Positions 28,454 to 41,543 of a stretch of DNA of 64,000 nt are shown here, one piece after another. The notes under the pieces are model-generated. The model was not told the DNA's origin and ran no database searches. It was given only the letters and a program-made list of their open reading frames with translations. The stretch covers positions 129,510 through 193,509 of the forward strand of contig CAZLJP010000001.1 in the NCBI GenBank assembly GCA_964559915.1, read 5' to 3'. Each line of letters starts with the position of its first letter. Position 1 is the first letter of the stretch. The stretch comes from an uncultured Candidatus Saccharibacteria bacterium. GTDB lineage: Bacteria; Patescibacteriota; Saccharimonadia; Saccharimonadales; JALRHH01. A program made the position numbers and the translations under genes.

Positions 28454-28916
28454 CTTTAATGACTTTCTTAGTGAGGGGAGCTACGTCTTCGCCCTCGCGC
28501 TGGCGCAAGAGTGTGCCCAATACGCCGTTAATAAATTTAGAGGAATTTTCGCCGCCAAATGCCTTGGCTAGCTCTACAGCTTCGTTAATAACCACCTTAG
28601 GTGGTACGTCACTGACAAATGTCAGCTCGTAGGCACCGATGCGTAGTACCAGTCGGTCCATACGTGCGATTTGGTCAATTGGCCAATCAGGTGCAATTGG
28701 CTGTAGCATGGCATCAAGTTCGGTTTTTTTGGCGTCTACGCCAGCAACCAGTTCTTGAATAAACACTGGGTCGTCCACCATGTCAGCATAGCGCTTGATG
28801 TTGCGCGCCAAGACGTCCTTCAATTTGAAGGCTTTGTCATCACACTCTAGACGGAACTCTTCTTCGTAGAGCGTCTGTAGTGCAATGATACGACCGAGGT
28901 GTCGGTTGGATGCCAT
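28431..28916 (-). CDS. nusB: Transcription antitermination factor NusB
   Basis: 161 aa, all-helical. RIIALQTLYE N-terminal motif. Confidence 0.85.
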   Translation of the reverse strand: MASNRHLGRIIALQTLYEEEFRLECDDKAFKLKDVLARNIKRYADMVDDPVFIQELVAGVDAKKTELDAMLQPIAPDWPIDQIARMDRLVLRIGAYELTFVSDVPPKVVINEAVELAKAFGGENSSKFINGVLGTLLRQREGEDVAPLTKKVIKDADETTK

Positions 28917-28963
28917 ATTGTTAAAATCCTTCTTAGCTACCAGTATACCCTAAGGGCGATTGG

Positions 28964-29122
28964 TACTTAAGCTTTTTCGGCTAATTTTTTGCCTGATTCG
29001 CGACGTGTGGTATATGCCTTCACTGGTGAAGTAGCATTCACTGCACGAGCCAATTTGACCAGCAAATGGCTACGACGTGAGCCGGTGCGACGCGGACTGG
29101 TTCGTTTCTTGGGCTTACCCAT
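28964..29122 (-). CDS. rpmF: 50S ribosomal protein L32 (below ORF-track cutoff)
   Basis: 52-aa ORF MGKPKKRTSPRRTGSRRSHLLV... matches the L32 N-terminal signature (PKRRTS..R...RRSH). AGAGGAG SD 8 nt upstream. Lies between leuS and nusB. Confidence 0.55.
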
Positions 29123-29197
29123 AGATATATACTCCTCTTACGAGTTAACAAAATTCTCTGTTACTATAGCGTAAATTACCACGTTATTCAAGGGATG

Positions 29198-31642
29198 CTA
29201 GATAACGAAGTTTACTAATTTGCCCGGTACATAGATAGATTTCTTAATCTCTGCACCATTAATAAAGGCAGCCACTTTCTGGTCTGTAGCAGCCACAGCC
29301 AAGATATCGTCTTTGTTGGCGTCAGCAGATACGCTAATTTCGCTACGTAACTTACCGTTTACCTGAACTGCCAAGGTAATGGTGTCTTGGGCCAAATACT
29401 GGTCATCCCATTGTGGCCAGCTATCACGTTGTACACCATCCTTATGACCAAGTTGCTGCCATAGCTCGTCGGCAATGTGTGGCGCAAATGGAGCAATACA
29501 AGCCACTACGGCCTCTAAAGCCTCCTGCCATACCTCATTCTGCTTCAGATTATCTGTTTTGAGCTTGTATAAATCATTGACGGTAGTCATTGCGGCTGCA
29601 ATTGCAGTGTTATAGCGGTTTTCGTGGATGTCTTCGGTCATTTTCTTAATCATCTGGTGTGTGGTCAGACGGATAGCCTTGGTAGCCTCTGCAGATACCG
29701 TACCCTCGTCAGCGGCCAAGTATTCCTGCGCCAGTGTCCAGACACGATTCAAGAATCGATAGGTACCGGGTACGCCTTGTGGGTCCCATCGTATCCACAG
29801 CTCAAGCGGTGCGGCAAACATCAAGTAAGTACGGAGTGCGTCTGCACCATAGCCCTGATTAATAATCTCGAGTGGATCAACACCATTGCCCTTAGACTTA
29901 CTAAACATCGTGCCGTCACTTGCCATAATCTTGCCGTTAAACAAGAATTGCTTGAATGGCTCGGCTTCGTGCACCAAACCAAGCTTTTTAAAGAAGTGGC
30001 CAATGAAGCGGGCATACAGCAAGTGCGCAGTAGCATGGTCGCCACCGTTATAGAAATCTACCGGCTCCCATTTGTTGACAATCTCAGTATCAAAAATCTT
30101 GTCAGTGTTGAACGGGTCCATGTAGCGGTACATATACCAGCTACTACAGATGTAGGTATCCAGTGTGTCGGTTTCACGCTCTGCGTCACCACCACATTCT
30201 GGGCATTTAACCTGTAACCAGTCCGTGGCTCGGGCTAGTGCACTACGACCATCGCCACTCGGCTGAAAATCTGTAAGTTCTGGCAGAACAACCGGTAGTT
30301 GGTCATCGGGAACAAGCACATTACCGTCTTTTGGACAGTTGATAATAGGAATTGGTGCACCCCAGTAGCGTTGACGGCTGACTGACCAATCGCGCATCTT
30401 GTAGTTTACTTTCTCTGCGGCTATGCCTTCTTTGGCTAGACTTTTCACGATATTTTCACGCGCATCGGCTGATGCCTGGCCGTTGAACTCACCAGAGTTA
30501 ACCATGACACCTTCGTCATGGCTGCATTCATCGTCAGGGGCGTCGTTCTGCACCACACGAATGATGGGCAGATTAAAAGCCTTAGCGAATTCGTTGTCGC
30601 GTTCGTCGTGGGCAGGCACGGCCATAATGGCACCGGTGCCGTAGCCAGTCAGCACATAGTCAGCAATCCAGATAGGTATCTGCTCGTTATTGACTGGATT
30701 AATTGCATACGCACCTGTAAACACGCCTGTCTTTTGCTTGCTAGCCTGACGCTCTATTTCAGTCTTCTGCTGAGCGGCTTTAACGTAGGCATCTACTGCA
30801 TCTTTTTGTTCGGCAGTTGTCAGCTGCGCAACTAGCTCGTGCTCTGGCGCTAATACCAAGAATGTTGCACCAAACAACGTGTCGGGCCGTGTCGTGAAAA
30901 CTTTTATTTTCACGTTTTCACGAGTTTTCACGCCAAAATCTACCTCTGCGCCCGTGCTCTTGCCAATCCAGTTTTTCTGAGCCAACTTAACGGTATCGGT
31001 CCAATCTAAATCTTCAATTGCATCTAACAGTTCGTCGGCATATTCAGTAATTTTGAAGAACCATTGTTTAACTTCTTTTTTCTCGACAATTGGGTCGTCT
31101 TCACCATCATGACGCCAACACTTACCATCTATAACTTGTTCATTAGCCAATACTGTCTGGCATTTGGTACACCACCACTGCATACGGCTATCTTGGTAAG
31201 CCAGGCCATTCTTATACATTTGGGCAAAAATCCACTGCGTCCACTTGTAGTACTCGGGCACGTGCGTGGCAATTTCTTTACTCCAGTCGTTGCTCCAACC
31301 CATGGCTTTGTACGCCTTACGATAATCAGGAATCAGCTGCGCCATACTCTCTTGTGGGCTAATTCCCTGCTTAATAGCACGGTTCTCGGCTGGCAGACCA
31401 AAAGAATCCCAACCAACTGGGTGATAACTCTCAAAGCCTTTTTGGCGCATAAAACGGGCTTTTACTTCGCTAATGGTGTAGTTCATGGCATGCCCAATGT
31501 GCAAGTTACCACTGGGGTAGTTGAACATACTCATGGCAAGATATTTGGGCCGTGATGTTTTTAAGTCAGCTTTGTAAACCTGGGTCTCGTCCCAAATTTT
31601 TTGCCACTTCGGCTCTATTTCCTTAGGATTATATCGCTGCAT
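29198..31642 (-). CDS. leuS: Leucyl-tRNA synthetase
   Basis: HIGH motif (NYPSGNLHIGHAMNY), KMSKS (FSKSKGNG), 814 aa. Confidence 0.95.
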   Translation of the reverse strand: MQRYNPKEIEPKWQKIWDETQVYKADLKTSRPKYLAMSMFNYPSGNLHIGHAMNYTISEVKARFMRQKGFESYHPVGWDSFGLPAENRAIKQGISPQESMAQLIPDYRKAYKAMGWSNDWSKEIATHVPEYYKWTQWIFAQMYKNGLAYQDSRMQWWCTKCQTVLANEQVIDGKCWRHDGEDDPIVEKKEVKQWFFKITEYADELLDAIEDLDWTDTVKLAQKNWIGKSTGAEVDFGVKTRENVKIKVFTTRPDTLFGATFLVLAPEHELVAQLTTAEQKDAVDAYVKAAQQKTEIERQASKQKTGVFTGAYAINPVNNEQIPIWIADYVLTGYGTGAIMAVPAHDERDNEFAKAFNLPIIRVVQNDAPDDECSHDEGVMVNSGEFNGQASADARENIVKSLAKEGIAAEKVNYKMRDWSVSRQRYWGAPIPIINCPKDGNVLVPDDQLPVVLPELTDFQPSGDGRSALARATDWLQVKCPECGGDAERETDTLDTYICSSWYMYRYMDPFNTDKIFDTEIVNKWEPVDFYNGGDHATAHLLYARFIGHFFKKLGLVHEAEPFKQFLFNGKIMASDGTMFSKSKGNGVDPLEIINQGYGADALRTYLMFAAPLELWIRWDPQGVPGTYRFLNRVWTLAQEYLAADEGTVSAEATKAIRLTTHQMIKKMTEDIHENRYNTAIAAAMTTVNDLYKLKTDNLKQNEVWQEALEAVVACIAPFAPHIADELWQQLGHKDGVQRDSWPQWDDQYLAQDTITLAVQVNGKLRSEISVSADANKDDILAVAATDQKVAAFINGAEIKKSIYVPGKLVNFVI

Positions 31643-31668
31643 TGATTATATTCTAACAGAGGTCAGGA

Positions 31669-32934
31669 CTATTTGAAACTGGCTTGTTTCTTTTTGAGCC
31701 AGGAGCGGCTCTGGCGGACAAGCTTTGATTGGTCCGCAGAGTCGGCCAATATGAGCTTTACGGCTTCTTCTGCAAACACACGGTTTTGGGAACCTTTAAC
31801 AAGTACCACAGCACCGGGCTTAATGAGCTGTTTCAGGTATTCACCTGCAGCGTAAGGGCTGGTGAAGGTAGTGACTTTGCAACCGGCCCTTATGGCGGCA
31901 GGCGCTAAATAGGTATTGGCATCAGGGCCAAGCGTCAGCACTTCGTCCAGATGCTTTGATTCACAAAACTCACCAAGCTCAGTATGCGCATCTGGCGAAT
32001 ACGTGCCGAGTTCGTTCATATTGCCGAGTAACGCAATTTTCTGAGGCGCTTTGATACGGTACAGGATTTCCAACGCTGCCCTGGCTGCTTCGGGACTGGA
32101 ATTGTACGTATCATCAATAATTGTTGATCCTTGGATGCCAGCTAAGCGCTGCAAGCGACCGTTCACTGGTTGTACATTTTTGAGGCCACTAACGATTTGT
32201 TGCATGCTAAAACCCAACATATCTGCCACGGCTATTGCAGCTGTTAGTGAGTAGAGGTGTGCATCGGCCATGCTCTCATGACGAGCCTTCAACAGCACAG
32301 TACCATTATGACTCACCTGAAATGCAGCGCCATCTGTATGGAAAGAGAAATCATCCATATGATACTCTGCTTTGTTATGCAGACCGTAGGTGGTTGCCTC
32401 GGGCACAAACTCGACGTATTCTTGTGCCACTAAATCAGTATTTATAACAATTTCATCAGCAAGCTGCACAACTGACAACTCTTCTTTTGCTACAGCATCA
32501 AGGTCCTGGAAAAATTCCATGTGCTCTGGTGTGATAGCTGTCACTACGGCAATATCCAGATGGATATATCGTTTGAATGCAGCAATTTGGCCTGGCCCAT
32601 CAGTGCCGAGTTCAACAACAACTACTTCAAAATCAGGCTGTTTGTGGAGCTGTAGCTCGCATGCAACAAAGGTCTTGAGCCAACCCAATGGGTTGAGCAG
32701 TGATGGCATTGGCACATCAAAGAATACCAGTGGCACGGTCACTAAATCGTTGAAGTTACCTTCCTGGAAACGAACCTTTTTAGTACCGCCCAGTACCTGG
32801 GCAATAGCGAACTTAGTGCTGGTCTTGCCGATACTACCAACCACACCGACTGTACTAAAACGATACTTACGCTGCAGCCGGCGGACCTGCCAGCCCAACA
32901 CTGCTACTACTAGCTTGCGGGCAAATTGTTTCAT
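31669..32934 (-). CDS. Mur ligase family protein (MurF-like UDP-MurNAc-peptide ligase)
   Basis: P-loop GSIGKTST and Mur ligase middle-domain motif ITAITPEHMEFF. Which Mur paralogue it is was not resolved. Confidence 0.55.
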   Translation of the reverse strand: MKQFARKLVVAVLGWQVRRLQRKYRFSTVGVVGSIGKTSTKFAIAQVLGGTKKVRFQEGNFNDLVTVPLVFFDVPMPSLLNPLGWLKTFVACELQLHKQPDFEVVVVELGTDGPGQIAAFKRYIHLDIAVVTAITPEHMEFFQDLDAVAKEELSVVQLADEIVINTDLVAQEYVEFVPEATTYGLHNKAEYHMDDFSFHTDGAAFQVSHNGTVLLKARHESMADAHLYSLTAAIAVADMLGFSMQQIVSGLKNVQPVNGRLQRLAGIQGSTIIDDTYNSSPEAARAALEILYRIKAPQKIALLGNMNELGTYSPDAHTELGEFCESKHLDEVLTLGPDANTYLAPAAIRAGCKVTTFTSPYAAGEYLKQLIKPGAVVLVKGSQNRVFAEEAVKLILADSADQSKLVRQSRSWLKKKQASFK

Positions 32935-32971
32935 ATATACTGACCAGTATACCCTGGCCGGTGTTTCGCCG

Positions 32972-34399
32972 CTACAATGTCAGACTATCAAAGGCTGAAG
33001 TAGTATTAGCACCTAATACACTTTCGCCTGAGCCGCCCAAGAACGCACCAAGCAGCTCCATAAGTGATTTAGCGCCATCTGGCTTCTTGAACTCAAGCTT
33101 GTCGTTGTTTGGCTGGATAGTTGCATTGAGTGTGAACTTAATAGCCTTGCCGTCGTCTGTACCATCGAAATCCGCTTTAACCGTCGCTGTATTCTTCTTT
33201 GTATTGAGAGTAACTCCCACCGTAGCCTTGCCCTTTGGCTCATCCTCACTTGCGTTGATTGTTACATAGAATGGATACTCGTCACCACCATTATAATTGA
33301 GGCCCACAGAGACGAAGTCACCAGCCACCTTTGGGTCGTTGAAGGTAATTTTGCGAACCAGCTTAGTGCTCGTATCTACCCATACATCTGCAGTATCTGT
33401 GTCCTTGATAGAATCAAGGTCTTTAGTGTCTTCACATTGCCTCTTCAAGTCTGCTTCTGACTTGCCAGAACTGATTGCTTTGTAGAGCTTAGTAGAGAGT
33501 GCCTTGTCACACAGCGCTTGGTTGTAAGCTTTGAGGTGATTCTTATTAATACCGACTTTGTAATGGTATGCACCACGGTCATCAAGTTTTTCCTTGCCAA
33601 CATTTTGCTTGACCACAAAGACGGCCTTACTAGCGTCATCTGTGAATACATACTGCTTGGTAGGTTCACCGAGTGCACGAGCAAAATCAGTCACGTCCTG
33701 GAGCTTGACGTTTTGTATACCGGAGTCGGATTTTGTAGCTGATTTCTCTACCTGGTCAAGCAGTGTATGGTCAATGAAATACCACTGGTTATCAAAAGCC
33801 GCAAACTGCTCGCCCGCACCCGCTGCTTCTGCACCCAGCACTTTATCGATGCCCTTTAGGCCATTCACTCGTAAATAAATGTCAGGGTTCGCGCTGGTGT
33901 CAGTTGTGTGCGTCAAGGCTTCCAATGTGAATCGTTGGCCTACGGCACCTGCATCAATCTTGGTTTCAGAGTCTTTCTCGTAAAATTTTGAATCAATGGT
34001 ACCGTCCACAACAACATCTTTACTATCAAACTTGAAGGTACCGTTAATTTTGGCGCCCTTGGTGTCTTTCTGACTGTCGGCGTACGTAACCAAACGGTCG
34101 TAGCCCTTGCCGGTATTAGTTAACGCCTTGGCCCAAAGGTTTTCTGGCTTATTGGCCACAACAATTCCAAAGTAGGCTGCGGCACTACCACCAAGCACCA
34201 CTATGGCCACTAATGCAGCTATAGCCATGACTGGCAGCTTCTTTTTGACACTGCTCGTAACAACTGATGCTGAGTCAACAGTAGGAGTCGTTGATGTGGT
34301 AACTGGTTCAGTAACTGGAGTTGCTTCCGTATTTGGTGTTGGTTCGGTTGTGTTTTCTGGTTTCGGTGTATCGTCTGTAGGCTGCATATAATCCTCCAA
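32972..34399 (-). CDS. Large membrane-anchored extracellular hypothetical protein
   Basis: Pro/Thr-rich N-terminus, one TM (LPVMAIAALVAIVVLGG), then a beta-rich ectodomain of about 400 aa. Confidence 0.5.
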   Translation of the reverse strand: MEDYMQPTDDTPKPENTTEPTPNTEATPVTEPVTTSTTPTVDSASVVTSSVKKKLPVMAIAALVAIVVLGGSAAAYFGIVVANKPENLWAKALTNTGKGYDRLVTYADSQKDTKGAKINGTFKFDSKDVVVDGTIDSKFYEKDSETKIDAGAVGQRFTLEALTHTTDTSANPDIYLRVNGLKGIDKVLGAEAAGAGEQFAAFDNQWYFIDHTLLDQVEKSATKSDSGIQNVKLQDVTDFARALGEPTKQYVFTDDASKAVFVVKQNVGKEKLDDRGAYHYKVGINKNHLKAYNQALCDKALSTKLYKAISSGKSEADLKRQCEDTKDLDSIKDTDTADVWVDTSTKLVRKITFNDPKVAGDFVSVGLNYNGGDEYPFYVTINASEDEPKGKATVGVTLNTKKNTATVKADFDGTDDGKAIKFTLNATIQPNNDKLEFKKPDGAKSLMELLGAFLGGSGESVLGANTTSAFDSLTL

Positions 34400-34545
34400 A
34401 TGTAGCGTTATATAAACTACTTATGATTATACAGCAGCTTCTCAGATTATATAATGTAGGAACAGAGAAATACCGTGTTTACACAGTTTTCGAGTACCGC
34501 CCGCTTCAACGCTGCAAAGCAGTGTTATGCGGCAACCTCTCGGTA

Positions 34546-35484
34546 TTACTCTATTGACTGTAATTGAGCCTGAAGCTCGTCCACAGAAATGGCATCTTTT
34601 GGTGGGGCTGGTAGTTCCTTGCGGAGATTGCGGCCTGAGATATCTTCTGTCTTTGAGCCTGCGCTCTGGGCGGTCTGAGTCACCTGGTGTGACCAGCCAT
34701 CAATAGATACGCTGAAGAATAGCTGGCTCGCCTGCTCATAGTCGCTTGGGTTAATACCATCTAGATGAGTAAGGCCTGTCTCCTTTGCAAACTCCTGAAT
34801 GGCAGTGATGTATGGTACTGGGTTTACAGTGACCGAGAATGTGTAAGTAGGACGACGGAATAGGCCGCTGTGTCTTGTTTCAACAACTTTGTAGCTGTAG
34901 GCTTTGTTGTCTTTCATGTGCTTAACCAGACTGTGGCGTTGAGCAGCAGTAAGATTTCCTGTTGGGAACACGCCTAGCACAGATTGATTGTAGAGCTGAC
35001 CTTGGGTGATGCTTGTATCATCAGGCTGAGTCTTGCCCCAAATGTTTAATACGCTTGAGAAATCCAGTGGCTTGCCATCACGCTCACCCTGAGCGCCAGT
35101 CACAATGCTGGTATATCGTACATAGTCGTATACCGGTGTGCCAATATTTTCTGTCTTGGCGGTAGCGGAATCAACGCCTGTTTGCGTAAACACTGTGTCA
35201 CCAAACACGCGCTGCTTTGGCTCGGCTGTCGTAGCGATAACCTGGTCAACGCTTTGTTGGCCCTGCTTGATAGTACTGTGCCTGGTGTAGGACATAGTCT
35301 GCAGACTGTTATTCACAGAGCCCCAGAATAGTCGGTCTGGATTAGTCACATTATGGTATTGCCAAGCAACAAATATAGCTGCCAGCAATACAGTTGCGAT
35401 AGATACAATAAATTTAGTTGATGTAATCGTGCGTGCAAGCACGTTTGATGAACCACCCTTAAAGGCAAGACGTTTTCTAATCAT
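34546..35484 (-). CDS. Membrane-anchored extracellular hypothetical protein
   Basis: Start moved to MIRKRLAFKGG. The track ORF's first 53 codons read through tRNA-Ala and its terminator. Single TM followed by an ectodomain. Confidence 0.5.
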   Translation of the reverse strand: MIRKRLAFKGGSSNVLARTITSTKFIVSIATVLLAAIFVAWQYHNVTNPDRLFWGSVNNSLQTMSYTRHSTIKQGQQSVDQVIATTAEPKQRVFGDTVFTQTGVDSATAKTENIGTPVYDYVRYTSIVTGAQGERDGKPLDFSSVLNIWGKTQPDDTSITQGQLYNQSVLGVFPTGNLTAAQRHSLVKHMKDNKAYSYKVVETRHSGLFRRPTYTFSVTVNPVPYITAIQEFAKETGLTHLDGINPSDYEQASQLFFSVSIDGWSHQVTQTAQSAGSKTEDISGRNLRKELPAPPKDAISVDELQAQLQSIE

Positions 35485-35539
35485 ATAGCTATTAAACAGT
35501 ATCTGAGCGTTTATCGCAATTCGAGTGGACTTCAGACAA

Positions 35540-35572
35540 AGAAAAAAGCCCTCAAGATGAAGGCTCTTTGCT
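35540..35572 (-). terminator. Rho-independent terminator after tRNA-Ala
   Basis: Minus-sense AGAGCCTTCA-TCTTG-AGGGCTTT hairpin followed by TTTTTCTTT. Confidence 0.6.
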
Positions 35573-35649
35573 TGGTGGAGCATAAGGGATTCGAACCCTT
35601 GACCTCTTCCATGCCATGGAAGCGCGCTAGCCAACTGCGCCAATGCCCC
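35573..35649 (-). tRNA. tRNA-Ala (anticodon GGC), CCA encoded
   Basis: Acceptor GGGGCAT/ATGCTCC with the G3:U70 Ala identity pair. Anticodon loop ATGGCAT. T-arm AGGGTTCGAATCCCT. Confidence 0.85.
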
Positions 35650-35826
35650 AAAAGACCAAAAAATTGTAGCACAACAGAGACGAAATAGAAAACCGCCCTT
35701 GAGGCGGTTTCTGTTCGTGCGCGCCCACCCGCGGCGGGTGAACGCTTTTGTTTTGAAGTGTTTGTTTCGCCGCTTGAGCGCACGATTACTCTAAGCATAG
35801 TACAGTCAGCTATTTTGTCAATCAGC

Positions 35827-36291
35827 CTACTCGGCTGGGTAATGAGTATCCCGTTGGGAATGAATTTCAACCAAAGCATCTGCCCGAGCAAGTTCACGCT
35901 GTATTTTTGGTAGCTCAATCAACGGCTCGTCAGAGCGCAGTGCGGCCAATTCTTCACCCAAGTCACGAATAAATGCTTGGTTATCTATTAGTGGTTCAGC
36001 TACAGCTAGTTCAACAATTATTTCTTCTGTGACTTCTGGGTCAATTTTGTGCAAATCTGGCAAAATATCAAGAATCTGAAAATTATTGGTGACTTCTCCG
36101 TCCTCCACGGTCTGCAAATTTTCCGGGTCCAGCAATTCTGCAGCAGCCTCAACCGCCCGCTCTTGCATAGCCTTGTTGCTTGTTGATACAACGCGGCCTA
36201 GTTGCGCCGCTACTTCAACATGCTGGTCAGAGATAGCAATCTCATGGTTAATAATTTCTGTAGGGGTTATCCCTAGTGGTGCTTCAGCCAT
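35827..36291 (-). CDS. Acidic hypothetical protein
   Basis: 154 aa, highly acidic. Downstream of ligA on the same strand. Confidence 0.4.
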   Translation of the reverse strand: MAEAPLGITPTEIINHEIAISDQHVEVAAQLGRVVSTSNKAMQERAVEAAAELLDPENLQTVEDGEVTNNFQILDILPDLHKIDPEVTEEIIVELAVAEPLIDNQAFIRDLGEELAALRSDEPLIELPKIQRELARADALVEIHSQRDTHYPAE

Positions 36292-36359
36292 CTAGATGCC
36301 TCCTGCTTAACTTGTATTGTATATATTTTTACATACATCGACACATATGTAAAATCTGG

Positions 36360-39341
<2,982 letters not shown>

Positions 39342-39355
<14 letters not shown>

Positions 39356-40226
39356 TCATTGCTCTGAGCCGTGCAATGCGGTCTTCGATAGGAGGATGCG
39401 TACTGAACAAGCCAGCCAGGCTGCCGCCCTTTAGCGGATTAGCAAAGAATAAATGTGCGGTTGAGCTATTAGCACGACGAGTGACACTACCTTGCTGAGC
39501 AATCTTCTCTAGTGCACTTGCTAAGCCCTCTGGGTAGCGAGTTGTCAGCGCACCGGTGGCATCAGCCAGATATTCACGACGCCGAGAGATAGCAAGCTGT
39601 ATGAAGCTGGCTGCAATCGGCGCAATCAGCGCGGCAGCTATGCCCAATATGTACACAATCGGGTTGCGGTTATCGCTATCAGAGAAAAAGGCATAGTGGA
39701 GTATCAAATCAGCAACCAATGACACAACAGAAACAAGACCAAAGGCAAACATTGAAACTCTGATGTCATAGTTCTTTACGTGTCCAAGCTCATGCGCCAT
39801 CACACCCTCAAGCTCATTATCATCTAGGGCATCAAGAATACCAGTCGTTGCACAAACAATAGCATGCTTGGGGTCACGGCCTGTGGCAAATGCGTTGAGT
39901 GCTGGGTCTTCCATGATGTAAACCTTGGGCATTGGGAGGCCTTCGGTAATTGCCAGGTTTTCGACAATACGATATAGCCGTGGGTTGTCTTTCTTACTAA
40001 TCTCTTTTGCACCATTAACCGCAGTAGCCAGCTTGGCACCACCGTAGTAGGTAATTAAGGCGTAAATCATTGAGCCAGCAAAGAAACCAATTGTCAGCAC
40101 TGGTGTGTAGCTTGTACTGCCAGTTAGCAGTGCACCGGCTACCCAGGACAGACCAAAGACAAATATTAGAAACCCAACAAATATAAATAACGTCTTGCGC
40201 TTATTCGCTGCAATCTCGGAATACAC
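39342..40226 (-). CDS. htpX: Zinc metalloprotease HtpX (M48)
   Basis: HELGHVKNYD HEXXH motif, TM N-terminus, C-terminal M48 features. Confidence 0.85.
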
Positions 40227-40236
40227 TACTTAACTC

Positions 40237-40800
40237 CTAGAACTTAACTTCAACTGGCTTTTGGGCAGCTGCAAGGTCTTCAACCTCAAAGAACTCACGT
40301 TCCTTGAAGCCCAAGATACCGGCAAAAATAGTGTTTGGAAATACTTTAATCTTGATGTTCAAATCACGAGCTGAACCGTTGTAGAAACGGCGAGCAGCTT
40401 GGATTTTGTCTTCGGTATCAACCAGCTCTGCCTGTAGCTGCTGAAAGTTCTCGGTAGCACGTAGCTGTGGGTAAGCTTCAGATACAGCAAACAAGCTCTT
40501 TAGGGCCTGTTCGAACTGATTCTCTGCCTTAGCGGTCTCTTGTACACCTTGGGCATTCAGCGCGTTTGAACGGGCTTCTGTTACCTTCTGGAATACTTCT
40601 TTTTCGTGGCTTGCGTAGCCCTTCACAGATTCAACTAGGTTAGGAATCAGGTCAAGACGTCGCTTTAGCTGTACAGTAATGTCACTCCAGGCTTCATCTA
40701 CACGCACATTTAGTTTTACTAAACCGTTATACAGACCAATCAGGGCTAGTACGGCAACACCGACTACTGCTAATACAATTATCAACGTCATTTCAGTCAC
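40237..40800 (-). CDS. lemA: LemA family protein
   Basis: N-terminal TM plus LemA domain. Classic lemA-htpX adjacency. Confidence 0.85.
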   Translation of the reverse strand: MTEMTLIIVLAVVGVAVLALIGLYNGLVKLNVRVDEAWSDITVQLKRRLDLIPNLVESVKGYASHEKEVFQKVTEARSNALNAQGVQETAKAENQFEQALKSLFAVSEAYPQLRATENFQQLQAELVDTEDKIQAARRFYNGSARDLNIKIKVFPNTIFAGILGFKEREFFEVEDLAAAQKPVEVKF

Positions 40801-40902
40801 ACTCCTTTTATGTATCTATAGTATATCACTAGCGTGAGCGGTATTACATAGAAAAACAGCCATGTTATACCGCGATTTTATGTAATAAAAAACACCGAAT
40901 AC

Positions 40903-41307
40903 TTAGGTATCAATAGGTGCTACTAGCTCACCTGCTATTTCGTGCACAGTGAGCTTGTCTAGGATGGAGTGTAGATCGTTAGCTTCAAGCTTTATCTCTT
41001 CCTCGTTTATATATGCGTAGACCGACGTATTGTCCACTACTTCAATATGGAAGATTGTAAAACGATTATTCTTGAGACTAATGGAGTGGCACGTTTCTCG
41101 CTCGGTAGAGGAAGCCTTAAATTCAACATGACTAATTGGTACTAGCTGGGCGCTGTCATTAAAGTCCCATGCAGAGCTTTTGTACATGTATTGAGAGTGA
41201 GGCGACTCGATACCTTCCCGCATCGGAACGTCTGCGGCATGTTCTTCTACATACTTCGTGAAGCGCTCGAAGACTATCTCTGGATTACCTAGTGTTTCAC
41301 CTGTCAT
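40903..41307 (-). CDS. Hypothetical protein
   Basis: 134-aa ORF with no recognisable domains. Confidence 0.4.
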   Translation of the reverse strand: MTGETLGNPEIVFERFTKYVEEHAADVPMREGIESPHSQYMYKSSAWDFNDSAQLVPISHVEFKASSTERETCHSISLKNNRFTIFHIEVVDNTSVYAYINEEEIKLEANDLHSILDKLTVHEIAGELVAPIDT

Positions 41308-41349
41308 ATAGGTATGTTACACCGTGCTTTCGGGTAACAGCAAGCATGA

Positions 41350-41386
41350 GCAAAACAAAAACACTCTGGTAAAACAGAGTGTTTTT
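41350..41386 (-). terminator. Hairpin plus T-run following the tRNA-Leu 3'-end copy
   Basis: Perfect 9-bp stem AACACTCTG/CAGAGTGTT. The minus sense is followed by TTTTTGTTTTG. Confidence 0.55.
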
Positions 41387-41389
41387 ATA

Positions 41390-41405
41390 TGGTGGGCAAG
41401 GAGGG
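41390..41405 (-). repeat. Direct repeat of the tRNA-Leu(TAA) 3' end (CCA, discriminator, acceptor 3' strand, T-stem 3' strand)
   Basis: TGGTGGGCAAGGAGGG is identical to the 3' end of the tRNA-Leu gene 150 bp away. A structured about 100-nt segment lies between the two. Confidence 0.75.
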
Positions 41406-41510
41406 GCCTCGCTACGCTCGCGCACTGCGTCATGCTCGGTGTAAACACCTGCGCGTGACTTCGTTGGCGTCGAACCCTTGCTTTGCAGTACGGGTTCTCG
41501 ATGTCACACC

Positions 41511-41543
41511 AACAAAAAACCGGTCAAAAGACCGGCTCTTTGT
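41511..41543 (-). terminator. Rho-independent terminator after tRNA-Leu(TAA)
   Basis: AGCCGGTC-TTTT-GACCGGTT hairpin followed by TTTTTTG (minus sense). Confidence 0.7.

Noticed and set aside
35532-35918. 128-aa minus-strand ORF, and the N-terminal 53 codons of the 365-aa ORF 34546..35643
   Set aside because: Both read straight through the tRNA-Ala gene and its terminator (the ...GFESL... translation of the T-loop). The true downstream CDS starts at 35484.
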